A DNA stretch of 64,000 nucleotides from assembly GCF_009834535.1 (NCBI RefSeq), contig NC_045696.1:34660001-34724000 (forward strand), in the 5' to 3' direction. A program made the position numbers and the translations under genes. The stretch comes from Camelus ferus. Taxonomy: Eukaryota. This document shows positions 26,313 through 38,262 of this stretch, piece by piece (position 1 is the first letter of the stretch; every line of letters starts with the position of its first letter). The notes beneath the pieces were generated by a model. It ran no database searches. It saw nothing but the letters and a program-made list of their open reading frames with translations, and was not told the DNA's origin.

Positions 26313-26919
26313 GAATGCCAACAGTTCTTTAATTCTAAGATGGTCAAAATGTCAAGGCTGAAACTAAAGTCAGAGAGATGATTTTGGCAGAATTCTGGGA
26401 AGAAGCTGACCTTCCATGCATCATGAGAGTGCTGTGCACAGAGGGGAGCTCAAGAAATATTCACATTTTGAGTAGTAGAGGATATTATGATTAAAAAACA
26501 GGTGCAGTCTCAAAGATCTATAACATGTATCAGCAAGTACAAAAGTTAAAAATAGGCCGGCTTCCTTACCCCAGTTTTGTTTAGAGAAGGCTGCTTTGGT
26601 TTCCCTCTGAAGTTCATTGAAAGGGGCTGCTTGGAAACTTTTATAATTGATTCAGCATTTTGCAATTAGAATTCATAGAAGCACTTGTCATTTCATGTGA
26701 AAAAAAAACCAGACATTTGAAAAATCAGATGTCTTCTCATAAACATCTTTACAAGGTCACTCAATAGTAAAAATACATTTTTCACTTATAAGATGCCAGA
26801 AATGATATGTTCTTATTTTCATTTTCTGAGTCAAATGTAACTGTACTGCAGGTTCCCAGAGAAATGAACTATAATCTTTTGGCAATACAAGTATTGTCTA
26901 GAGCACCCTTATGGTGTTG

Positions 26920-27499
26920 TTGTGGAATCTGAGAGACAAAAGTTTTTTTTTTTAATGTTTACCAGTTAATTATAAAAGGATATGATAAAGAATACAGATG
27001 AACATCCAGATGGAAGAGATGTGTATGACAAGGTACATGGGAAGGTGCACCACTCTCCCAGCACTTCTACATAGTTGTTCACCAACCTGGAAGTTCTCTG
27101 AACCTCCTACTATTGGAATTTTATGGAGGCTTCATCCTGTAGGTATGATCGTTAACTCCATTTCCAAACCCTCTTCCCTCTCTGGAGAATGAGTATATGT
27201 CTGTGTGGGAAGGGGAGGCAATGATGAAAATTCCAAGCTTCTAATCATTGCCTGGTCTTTCTGGTGAACAAAAGACATTCCTGGAAATTCCAAGGGTTTA
27301 GGAGCTCATTGTCAGGAATCAGATTCAAAGACCAAACACTGTAACAAAAGGTGTTCCTGGTGTTCTGATCAATTAGGAAATACAAGGGTTTTAGGAACTA
27401 TGTTCCAGGAACCAGGGAAGATATATATGTATATATATAATATATGTGTGTGTATATATATTTATAAAATGTATGCATATATTTTTCTATTATTTCACA
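26920..27499 (-). mobile_element. MER21-like ERV LTR
   Basis: 'gtttaccagttaattataaaaggatatgataaagaatacagatgaacatccagatggaagagatg...tttatggaggcttcatc...ttccaagcttctaatcattgcctggtctttctggtga...tattatttcaca'. Confidence 0.7.
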
Positions 27500-30400
27500 C
27501 CACCTATCTGAACTGAAGAGAGTTAATTAGGACCTACTTGGCAAAGGGACTATATACATTACTTATCTTGCTATCACAAAGGGCAGTCTAGACATCTGAG
27601 GTCCCAGTGGATTGAACGTTTCTCACGCAGTTGAAGGCATCTGGTAACTCCATACATGACTGTCCACCTGCCACTAATATCTCTTCAGGAGGGCCAAGAA
27701 TGCTCTACTTTCAAGTCGCTCTGGGGCTGCATCTGCCCAAAGTACACAGCTGGACCTCCACACGTGTCTGGAGCTTGGCGGGGACACTGCAGCTCTGACA
27801 GAGGCTGCAGGGGAAATCGAGAGACAAAACTCTTAGAAGCGTATAATCGTGTGTAGAAACATATCAAAATTCTAATGGCTGTTTCCACATCTTAGGATAA
27901 AAATCTGTTAATCTGTTGCTTTCCAGAATGTATTCAAGATAACAAGAATAACATCTTTTTACTTTGGTCTACTGCAAATTGGTTTAGTGAGTGACAACTG
28001 ATGTGCTCAGTAATAGAACAGATAATCAACACAATTATTTATGGAAATGTTTGCCCGCAGGCATTCTGAGGACAGCAAGGTCCTACTGCCAAGATTGTTT
28101 TCCTCAAGGACCTAAGTACTAAAAAATAATTGGTGCAGACATATTAATCAAAATGAAAAGTTTTTAAAGAGTTTATTTTTGAGGTTTATTGTCACTGTTC
28201 TTAGTGAATTGATAATCTTAATTGGATATATTTGGAATTGATCCAGATTCTTATTTGGCAATTGAATTGTTTTAGTGATTAAACAAAGTAACTGAGGTCA
28301 CCACCCTATTCAGTAAGATATTTTTTGGCATGTAATTAATTATAATCTCATTGCAAATCCTTGTGATTTAAAGATTAATGTTGATTCTTTGCTTCCATTA
28401 TGTTATTCATTTGGTTTTTTAATTAAAATTAAGGCATGCAACAGATCACTGTAGAAATTCTTCGAGATGTTAATACTATTCATTTAAAAAGTCTTTTTTT
28501 TAAATCAAAAGCAATGGATTTGGCATAGCTGTACTGATTCTGTTATATTGCAGAAGGAAGATGCATAAGGATTATGTATTTTGTAACAGTTCACAAATGT
28601 TCATTTTATTGTTTCAATTTTTTAAAAGGTCAATTTCTTTAGGTTTTTCTCCAAAAATCTGTGAATCTTTTACTCATCTTCTTGACCATACTTTCTTCTC
28701 ACACACACACACAGACACACACACACAGATACACAATTATAAATCTATGTTAACAAGAGTAATTGACTTCATTATTCCTCAGGCTCAGATTAAATACTCA
28801 TGGCCAGCTTTTCCATGGTGTTTCCAATCAAATGAAATAAATGATTTTACATATTTTCTTACGTTCAGAGTTACTGTTCTATTTAATAGCTTACAAATCT
28901 TACTCAGTATAATTTTTTTGTTTTAAATATCAAGAGGGATGATGCTAGAAATTAGAGTTACCAATTAGGACAGGACGTTGTTTTGCTATATATGAGTATT
29001 GTAGATTTTAATGTTTTGTGTATATCTACTAAATATACAAATCTTGTAAGTAATACATACTACTAATTTTAGATCTTTATGTATAAGAATGAATAAAAAA
29101 TGACATTTAATTAAATTATTTATTCTTAGAAATAAAAACCACATAGGTAAAATGCAGAAGAGATTCTAGTTTTCTGAAACATATGATATTATATCACATA
29201 ACAATAACTAATAATAACTTAATGTTATAATGCTAATAATAACTTTGAGGTTATTTCACTATCATGTGGTCGTAATATTTAGCCCCTTGGCTTGCTTCCT
29301 ACCAATGGATGGAATGGAGAGCAACTTGTGCTCATGATGAAATTTAAGGTTGAAATTTAAAATTAAATTTGAATGGCCATAACAATCACTTGCCCTTTGT
29401 CCCTTGGAATGGCTGTTTGATTTTCACAATACAGTGAATGCTAGAGACAAAGTTAGGTCAGTAAACCAAGGAAGAAGAGGTGCCAAACCACTTAGTAGAA
29501 AGACAAAACCTAAAATCTGGCAATTACTTGAACTTTGGAGTCAATAGCACTAGCACTGAACTTTAGCAAGGTCTGGTCGGAAGGACTTTGACCTGCGAAA
29601 CTGGAGAAGCTTCTAACTCTGATCCTCTTATTCTTAACTGACATCTCCCCTGCCCCGGGAGGTCAAAGCAAAAAGGTAAGGATCTGCCTTGCCTCCACAC
29701 CCTAGAGAGTTCTGCACTATTTTCTATTTCTCACAGGGGCCTGGGTCAAGTCTAAAGATGTAAATTAAGTTAATGAAGTGTAGATTATTACAGAGATAAT
29801 AGCATTTGTTAGGTGATTCATGAAGGTGAATCTTAAATATGAAATAGCTTGTCAATGAGGAAGATACAATTTCAGGCCTATTGTAACCTGCTTAATAAGC
29901 AACCTATTGAAACTCTGGAAGTGGCCCCCTTTTAGGTGAGGCCTCAAAGTATTTTCCCCCTGATGAGGGTCTTTGGGGTCTTGTAGGCCTCCTCTGTAAC
30001 CTGTCTGTCTAACTTAGGGCTCCTAAGGTCACACAAGTTCTACGAGTTTTCATTATGTAAAATAAATCCGTGTTCCTAACACTGTGAGAGCTCCAAAGTC
30101 ATCTAAATGGAATGTGAAATCCCCACATTGATCGTATCATGGTGTCTATTCCTTTTGCTTCACACACAAATTTTCCAAACTGGTGCCTTAAGTGGGAACT
30201 AGATCTCCAAACTGTTACTGATATTAGGGCTTAGAATTACTCTTATAGTTTACTCCCTTCAATATGAAATCTTCTGTTTCAATGGTATAGCCAACATAAG
30301 ACTAAAGAAAAGTGTTTTACTATGTCCCTTGTACATTAGGTTAAATTCTGCAGCTGCTCCTATCCAGGCAAGGTACTGAAATCTTAAATAAGATATTAAA

Positions 30401-31884
30401 ACTAATAGCTTGATGTCTTGTTTATAAACCAATTATCTGTGAATCTAGTGCTGTATTCTTTTTGATATAGATGAACGTTACCACAATATTCACCAGGGTC
30501 TCAGTTTTAATGAGACCTTAAGGAGAAAAGAGTGTTATACTCACCACACATGCATTTTCTCTGGCTCCCGATATCTGAAGTTACTGGAGGATATATGAGG
30601 TCCTGAACGTGGCCCAGAGAAATCTTGTTTGGCCAATTATCTAGTTATCTAACTGAAGTTTGATCCTCTAGTAAAAATGGAATTGCCTATATAATACATA
30701 GTCTCATGACGATTAAAATCAACCATCAGCCAGAATACATCAGTGATCTTCCTCATATGTGATCCTTCCTTCATCACAGAGACAGGATATTTTCTGCTGA
30801 AGGCATTCATGTAGGGAAACCACTTAATTCACCACAGGATGTTCTAAGGTACGGTTCATGTCTCTTGCTTAGACATTTGACTGATAATCAAGTAAAAGAC
30901 TGTAATACAAGGTAAGGTGTAAGTAGGATCATGGACTATGACCTCAGCTAATCTTAACCTATATAAACCATTAAGTTGGGACATTAATTCTAAATTTACT
31001 TACGTCTAAACTTACATACGGAAAATACCATTTTGATTATTTTCTCCTAGCAGTCAAGAAGGTTTATTAATTATACTGCTGAAACATGATTTATCAAGTC
31101 CTTTTATCCTAGGTTTTTAAAAAGCATTTGTCAGGGATAGAGATAATTATTCTCATTATTTCATTATTCATCTATCCATCCATACACACTTGCACACCTA
31201 CATAATATAAGATATTTATTTATAGAGGGCCTACAATGTTACATGCTCTGTATCATGATCTGGAAATATGATAGTGAATTAGACATGTACCTGCTCTCAA
31301 GATACTTACAGTCCATATTTAGGAAATATTTGAGTAGCAGATATTATCTGATTGCCTCCCTAGCATCTAATTGTCTCCACACTTTTCTTAGTGCTGATTT
31401 GTAGACAGTGATGTTTGGGTGAAGCTGATGTTAAGTTAATGATTGCATTCCATCTTTCTGCTTTAGTTGTGGGCATGGGACCTAAGTTGGTACAATCAGA
31501 ATAAATCTCTGGATTTTCATTTGGAGGTAAATTAATGGTGCTATCTCTTTCATTACATTCCTTCATGATAGATAGTCTTATGGGGTAGAAAAATTGAACA
31601 CAAGTGACATTTGGCAATAAATGGGCCAGATATCCTAGTATACTTGGTCATAAAATGGACATTAGACATTCTGGAACTTACTTAAAAAAATTTTTTTTAA
31701 AACACAAAGAGATGGAGATCAATTTGCCTTCTTTAATGGATTTGAAAAGAGCTGTTAATTTAAAAAAATAACATAAAAGCAGTTAATGCATTGTTGTTAA
31801 AAATCCAGGGTAACAATTGGATGTAAAATCACTGATTAAAGAAGGACAGAAATTTATATCTTTAATAATTACCAGAAAGGTATA

Positions 31885-34800
31885 TTCATTTATTTGACAA
31901 ATAAAATTGTAATATATTTAAGGTGTATAATGTGATGATTTGATATACATGTATATTGTGAAAGGATTTCCATAATCAAGTTAATGAACACATCCATCAC
32001 CTCACATATTTACCTTTTTTTTTTTTAGTGAGAGCATTTAAGTTTCACTCTTTTAGCAAATTCAGTTATATAGCACAGTATTATCAACTATAGTCACCAT
32101 GTTATATATTAGATCCTCAGACCTTATTCCTGTTATAACTGAAAGTTTGTATCAGTTTACCACCTTCTTCTTATTTCCCCCACCCCACAGCTCCTGGCAA
32201 CCACCATTCTACTGGATGAGTATGATTTTCTTCTTTAGATTCCACATGTAAGTGATACTGTGTAGTATTTGTCTGTTTCTCTGGCTTATTTCACTTAGCA
32301 TAATGTCTTCCAGTTTCCTCCAGGTTGTTGCAAATTGCAAGATTTATTTCCTTTTTAAGGCTAAGCAATATTCCATTGTATACAAATATCACATTTTCTT
32401 TATCCATTCATTTCTCAACACACACTTAGGTTGTTTCCATACCTTGACTTGTAAATAATGCTGCAATGAATGTGGGAGTTCAGATATTTTTCCAAGATAG
32501 TGATTTTGTTTTTTTTGAATGGAAGTGTGATGGTTGGATCATATGGCAGTTCTATTTTTAATTTTTTGAGGAAACTTTATACTGTTTTCCGTAGTGGCTG
32601 TAACAGTTTACATTCCCACCAACAGTGTACAGGTGACCCCTTTATTCCACATTCTTGCCAGCATTTGTTATCTCTTATCTTTTTGATAACAGACATTCTA
32701 ACAAGTGTGAGGTGATACCTCATTGGGGTTTTGGTTTGCATTTCCCTGATGATTAGTGATGTTAAGTACCTTTTCACGTGCCTGTTGGCCACTTGGGTGT
32801 CTTTTTTGCAGAAATGTCTATTAAGGTACTTCGCCAATTTTTAAAATTGGATTATTTGGTGTTTTGCAGTTGACTTGTATAGTGTGGGTATTAACTTCTT
32901 ATTGGATATGTGGTTTGCAAATATTTTCCCCCATTCCACAATTGACTTTCATATTGTTAATAGCTTCCTTTGCTGTGCAGAAGCTTTTTTAGTTTGATGT
33001 AGTCCCACTTGTTAATTTTTGCTTTTATTGCCTTTACTTTTGATGTCAAATCAAAAAAAATCATTGGCAAGACTGATATCAGGAACTTACTGCCTATGTT
33101 TTCTTCTAGGAGTTTTATGGTTCACTTACATTCAGGTCTTTAATCCATTTTGGGTGATTTGTGTATGATGTAAGATAGGGGAAAGTTTCATTCTTTTGCA
33201 TGTGAATATCCAGTTTTCCCGGCACTATTTATGTAAGCGACTATTTTTTTTCACTGTATATTCTCAGCAGCTTTGCCAAAACACTGACCAAATAAGCATG
33301 GCAAAGCTGCTAATTCGAAGTCCTGTCTTCAGGTGGCAGCTGGGGAAGTCAGAACATTACATGTATAGTCTAGCTCCTATAAGGGAGAAATTGGAGCTGG
33401 GTGTTTTTGTTAACGTTCTTTGTGCTGAGTTAGAGGGACTAGTTGCTGGGAGAGCTTGTGCACCCAAATAGAACTGCCTCTTTGCTTTTTGTAATTCCAG
33501 GGAATTCATGAATGCCGAGTTCCGTTAGCTCCCAGAGCTCGGTCATTTTAAAGCCAGTCCTTCAGGTGGACAGGGGAGTTGTAAGAGTTGGGGTGCTAAA
33601 TGTGTGGACAAGCTCTTCCCAGGAAGAAGCCTGATACTTGGTTTTACTGTTGGAGTTAGTGAGGAGGAGCAGACAGAGGCTGCTGTGCCTACCAGCTCTG
33701 TCCTGGGAGGATCCTTGTCAGCTTCCTCACCAGGCTAGTTGGAAGCCAGAACCTCAGGCAGCAGCTGGGAATGTATGCAGTCAGATCCCTTCCCCCTTCC
33801 ACAGAGAGAGTGGGCGATGGGCACTTTGTCTGCTTCCTCTGCATTGAGCTCAGGGGGGTACCTGTAGGAAGTACGTGAGTGCCCATGTGAAAACTGCTTG
33901 TTGTGTTTAATATGGTCCTGTGGGACTTAGGAGTACTGAGCCTTGTTGGCTGTCAGAGCTAAGGAATTTGAGGGCTTATCCCTTGGGTGGTAGCAGCAAA
34001 AGGGGCCAGGGAGGAGCAGGTGACCGGGCTTTATTGTCGGAGCGAGCAGAGGGAGGAAGCGGGGCGTGCCCCCTGGCCTGCAAGCGGCAGCTGGGAGAGC
34101 ACGCAGTCAGACCCCCTGGGGGGGGGGGGAGAACTGGGAGCTGGTTGTTTTTGCCTGCTCTCTTGTTGCTTAGTCCAGGGGAAATAGCTGTGGGGAGGGT
34201 TCATGAGTCCATTTGACAACTGCTTCTTAGTTTGCTCTAGTCCCGTGGAACTTAAGAATGCAAGCCCTTTTGACTGTCAGAGCTGGGCGACTTGGGGACC
34301 CATCCCTTGGGTGCTGACTATAAAAGTTGGGGCATTAGATGTGTGGACAAACTCCTTCCTTCTAGAATGAAGCTGGAGGCTTGATTTTTTCATCAGAGCG
34401 GGCCAGAGGGAAAGGTGGGGGAAGCACCCACCTGCTCTTTTGGGCTCTGGGGAGGATTTCAGTTAGTACTTTGTTGCCGGCTAATTAGAAACTAGACCCT
34501 CAGGCAACATCTGGAGAAATATGTAGTCAAACCCCTTCAGGTTAAAAACTGGGAGAGGGAGATTTGTCTACTGCCTCTGCACAGAGCCTGGTGGGGATAG
34601 CCAGGTGGAGAGTTCTCCTGCCTCCTGCCTGTAACAACTGCTTCTTTGTTTCCTATGGTCCTGTGGGACTTGTGATGCTGGCTGATTTGGGGGCTAGTCC
34701 CCTGGCGGCAGACTTAAAAGTTGGAACACTAGATATGGGGTCCAAACCTTTTGCTCCCCAGGGAGAATCTGGGAGTTGATTGCCCATGGCTTATTCTCTA

Positions 34801-35023
34801 GAGCCTTCAGGCGGGGGCCTCCAGGCACTGTGCCAGAGGTGGGTTTATGGTGAGAGCGTATCTCAGCCTTCGTGAATGAATTTTCTCATTCACCCGATGT
34901 GTAGGAACCACCCAAGTAGTTTTCCGATTTCTCTGCAGGGAATTAATTCTTGTGTAGCTGTATATTTGGTGCATCTGTGGAGGGGAATTTAGGAGCCTCC
35001 TATGTTGTCATCTTGGTGATATC
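31885..35023 (-). mobile_element. Internally deleted L1: 3' UTR and ORF2 end (31885-33300) fused to a monomeric 5' UTR (33300-35023)
   Basis: ORF 32577-32837 is the ORF2 C-terminus (RHF.KKD.QVANRH...MRYHLT.VRM...KCWQEC...HCWWECKL). The right end 'tgtgtagctgtatatttggtg...ggagcctcctatgttgtcatcttgg' is a reversed L1 5' terminus with a degenerate YY1 site. Candidate TSD ccagaaaggtata / ccagaaagattta. Confidence 0.75.
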
Positions 35024-35275
35024 CCCAGAAAGATTTAATAAAAGCAAAAATTCTCTTTAATCCAATTGAGAGGTTTAACTACTGGGCAGTAAAGCCAGAA
35101 AAGGGGGAAGTAAAGGCAAGAGAACCTAGCAGTATGATGTAGGTAGTTGAGTGGGTACATGAGAATAAATAAGACTCAGCAGTCATTTAGAATGAAAAAA
35201 ATTTTTTTAATTTTTTTCTTTTTAAGAATAGATTGTCTAATGCTATTATTTGTGATGATGACTATTGCTTTTCAG

Positions 35276-35384
35276 GCTAGAGTTACAGATTCATTCCACT
35301 GAATTGTCCCTACTGGGAGTATATAGAACTTGGAATTTAATACCATTCCTCTTGGTGGGAAATGACACAATTTACTACATGTTG
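35276..35384 (+). other. Candidate internal exon (109 nt)
   Basis: Acceptor 'tattgcttttcag|G' and donor 'TTG|gtaagc' in non-repeat sequence. The frame continuing from ATG 25505 is open. Confidence 0.5.
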
Positions 35385-36069
35385 GTAAGCTCTTCTGCAG
35401 TGGTGGGGGGCAGTCTGATCAACACTGATCACCCCTTCTGAGATGGGCTATCTGTGAGAGGCCAGGACTGGACTCCTGTAATATACAGCACCTAATAAGA
35501 CACTAGGAAAGTATCTGTGGGAGACACCGGGCCATATGAGACTGCACTCACCTACAGAAGAAATCATCCTGGAGAGGTTCATCAGTAGATTGAACAAATG
35601 CTAATGCTAGTTGGGTAGACACAAAGCCAGACTTTACATGTTTGGTGTGTTGGCAGAGTTAAAAAGTGTGCTAGAACAGAGCTTCTCAAATTATCGATGG
35701 TGAAATCCAGGTCTTTGCTTTTTTATTTTTTATGTCTATATGTCCATTCTGTCTTGGACTGATACTTTTGTAAAGTACAATACAAATTAATTACTAGAAA
35801 ATTTAAATACAATCTCCCATTTAAAAACTTGCTATAATAGGTTCTAAATGTCAGCAGTCTCTCTCTCTATATATATATAATTACATATATTATGTATCTA
35901 ATCTTCAAGTGTAAATTAAATGCTTTTGTTAACAAGATGAAATAATTCCATGTGGTAGTACTACCAGGGAGAACCTCAAAGACATCCCTTTTTTTGCACC
36001 TCAGTTCTGAGACCACATACCTGCTCAGGAGAATTGGAATACTACATGGAGAAAATTCACTGAAGACCT

Positions 36070-36520
36070 TGTTGGAGGCAATACGCAGGTGGAGAATATC
36101 TCTTTGATGGAGGAGGTCATCCAGAGGACATGGCTGCCGGTTGACCTGTGAGCTGGACCTCACACCCCTCCCCTGTCCTTAAAATGAAAGTTCTGCCCAC
36201 AGTTCCCACAGTGGGAATTGTTTTGAAGGATGCAGCCTTGAGAGAGCAATGTGTAGTTGAGATCATCTGGATGGTACATGTGACTGAACCCAGTTAAGGC
36301 CTCTAAGTAAACTTTTAAGAATCTGGTGGGCAGATGTGGGAATCTACTTGTCCTACAGCCACCCAAGACAAGCCTCATATGTAAGTTCTCTTGCTTATTA
36401 AATTATTATACCACCTACCATTCTGGAGTGGCTGTCTCTTTCTTCAGTCTCTCCTTGCCCTCTTGTGTACAGGGCTAGTTTCAGATTTTACCAGGAAACT
36501 CCTCCAGTTGTGAACCAACA
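36070..36520 (+). mobile_element. Solo ERV LTR
   Basis: Terminal inverted repeat TGTTGG...CCAACA, internal ATTAAA at about 36397 followed by U5-like 'ctggagtggctgtctctttc'. Family not determined. Confidence 0.65.
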
Positions 36521-36652
36521 TTCTTAGTCCACCTCTTTTAAGATGATGTAAGAGGAAGTGATAACTTCACTTTTGACTTTTGAAATAATGTAAGAAAAAA
36601 AATTGCTAAATAAGTAGACCGAGAAAGCAGTCATTTAAAACCTATTACTTAA

Positions 36653-37027
36653 CAGAAACAGACTCGCAGACATAGTAAACAATCTTATGGTTTCCGCAGG
36701 AAAATAGTGGGAAGGGATAAATTTGGGTGTTTGAGATTTGCAAATGTTAACCGCTATATATAAAAATAGATCAAATCAAATTTCTTCTGTATAGCACTGG
36801 AAAATATATTCACTATCTTGTAATAACCTTTAATGAAAAAGAATATGAAAACAAAGATATGTGTGTGTGTATATATACATATATATATGTATATATACAC
36901 ACACACACACACATATATATATACACACATGACTGGGACATTATGCTGCATGCCAGAAACTGACACATTGTAACTGACTATACTTCAATGAAAAAACTAA
37001 ACTAAACTAAACTAAACCAAAAAAACC
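36653..37027 (+). mobile_element. Short, relatively young L1 3' end with TSD and (AAACT)n tail
   Basis: 'cagaaacagactcgcagacatagtaaacaatcttatggtt...gacacattgtaactgactatacttcaat' plus an A-rich tail. cctattacttaa is duplicated at 36641-36652 and 37028-37039, and the left copy is preceded by ttt/aaaa. Confidence 0.85.
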
Positions 37028-37224
37028 CCTATTACTTAAGGCTATCTTGTATATAAAATAAAGGGCTTGGTTGGCAAAAGTTTTACCAACATACTTATTT
37101 AAATTTTTGCTTATAAATAGGATCATTTATTTATTTTAGAGTCTGAAAGGATAAAGGAGTCATTCCTGATCTTTGGCCACAGGTTTCTCTATAATGGTAG
37201 ATCAAGAATAGAAATGGATAGTAA

Positions 37225-37770
37225 TAAATGTTGAGACTGAAGATGTGGTGGCAAAGTTATAGGGGAGTTTCTCTCTATATTGAAGAACTTGGACTTGATT
37301 CTGTGGAAAATAGAGAACAATTCAAGACTTTTAAATAGAATTTCATGTTCTGACTGCATTGCTTATTTGTTCTTTTAGCTTTTGATTTTTTTGAAAAATC
37401 ACCTTTGCTGTTGACTGGGGAATGGATGGGAGATGGGATGGGGAAAGTGCATTAAGTATAGAGGCAAGAAGGCCAAGTGCAATGAAGACAATGAAGACCT
37501 GAACTAAGACAGTAACTGGGATTACAGAAAGAGGACAGATTTGGGCTCTTGAAGTAGTGTAACCAGCATTTATTGGTGACTGATTGAATGATTGAGTATG
37601 GTGGTAAGGGAAAGGCAGAATTCAGGGCAGTTTCTAGTTTTCTTCCTTGGTCAAATGTAAGTGGTGGTGCATTTCATAACATGGGAACACTGGAAAGGAG
37701 TAAGGATGAGGAGGGAGGAGACTGATTTAATTTTGGCCATGTTAGATTTGAGATGACTGTGGATCCTGGA
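37225..37770 (-). mobile_element. Decayed L2
   Basis: 'tggtgactgattgaat...ggtggtgcatttcataacatgggaacactgga...ttttggccatgttagatttgagatg' are L2 body motifs. Confidence 0.55.
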
Positions 37771-38212
37771 ACTAATTATGAGTAATTGATGAAGGGATGC
37801 TTCTTTCGATTTTGGGGGTGTGGTACCTAGGAAATCATAATTGTATAAACAGTTTTTAGCAAACTTCTTTGAGGCATTTGGTCCACAAAAATTTAAAACA
37901 GACTCAATGTTTTTCTACAAAGCCTCTTTATGAAATAGACGTTTCAAAATCAGAAAGAATTAGGAGGCTGGCTGGGATAGTATTGGAAAGAAACAAACAT
38001 TAATTCTATCAAACAATTTTCTCTGAAGTTTCTGTATTGAACTTAAAGAACACATATAATCATTATTTATTAACTGTGATGTGTTTTGATTATTTAAAAT
38101 TTGCACCCTGTGTTTAAAGAGGAATGTGAAAAGTGAACATTCCTAAACAAATAACAAAAGTGAATATGGAGAGGTAGGTATGGGATCTCTAATGACTTCC
38201 GAAGAAGTTAGG

Positions 38213-38214
<2 letters not shown>

Positions 38215-38250
<36 letters not shown>

Positions 38251-38262
38251 CATCCATCTATC
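38215..38262. repeat. (TCTA)n/(TCCA)n tetranucleotide microsatellite
   Basis: Directly visible. Confidence 0.9.

Noticed and set aside
32577..32837. ORF with clear protein-like motifs (also 21131-21325 and 60566-60775)
   Set aside because: These are fragments of the L1 ORF2 C-terminus within frameshifted, dead elements.
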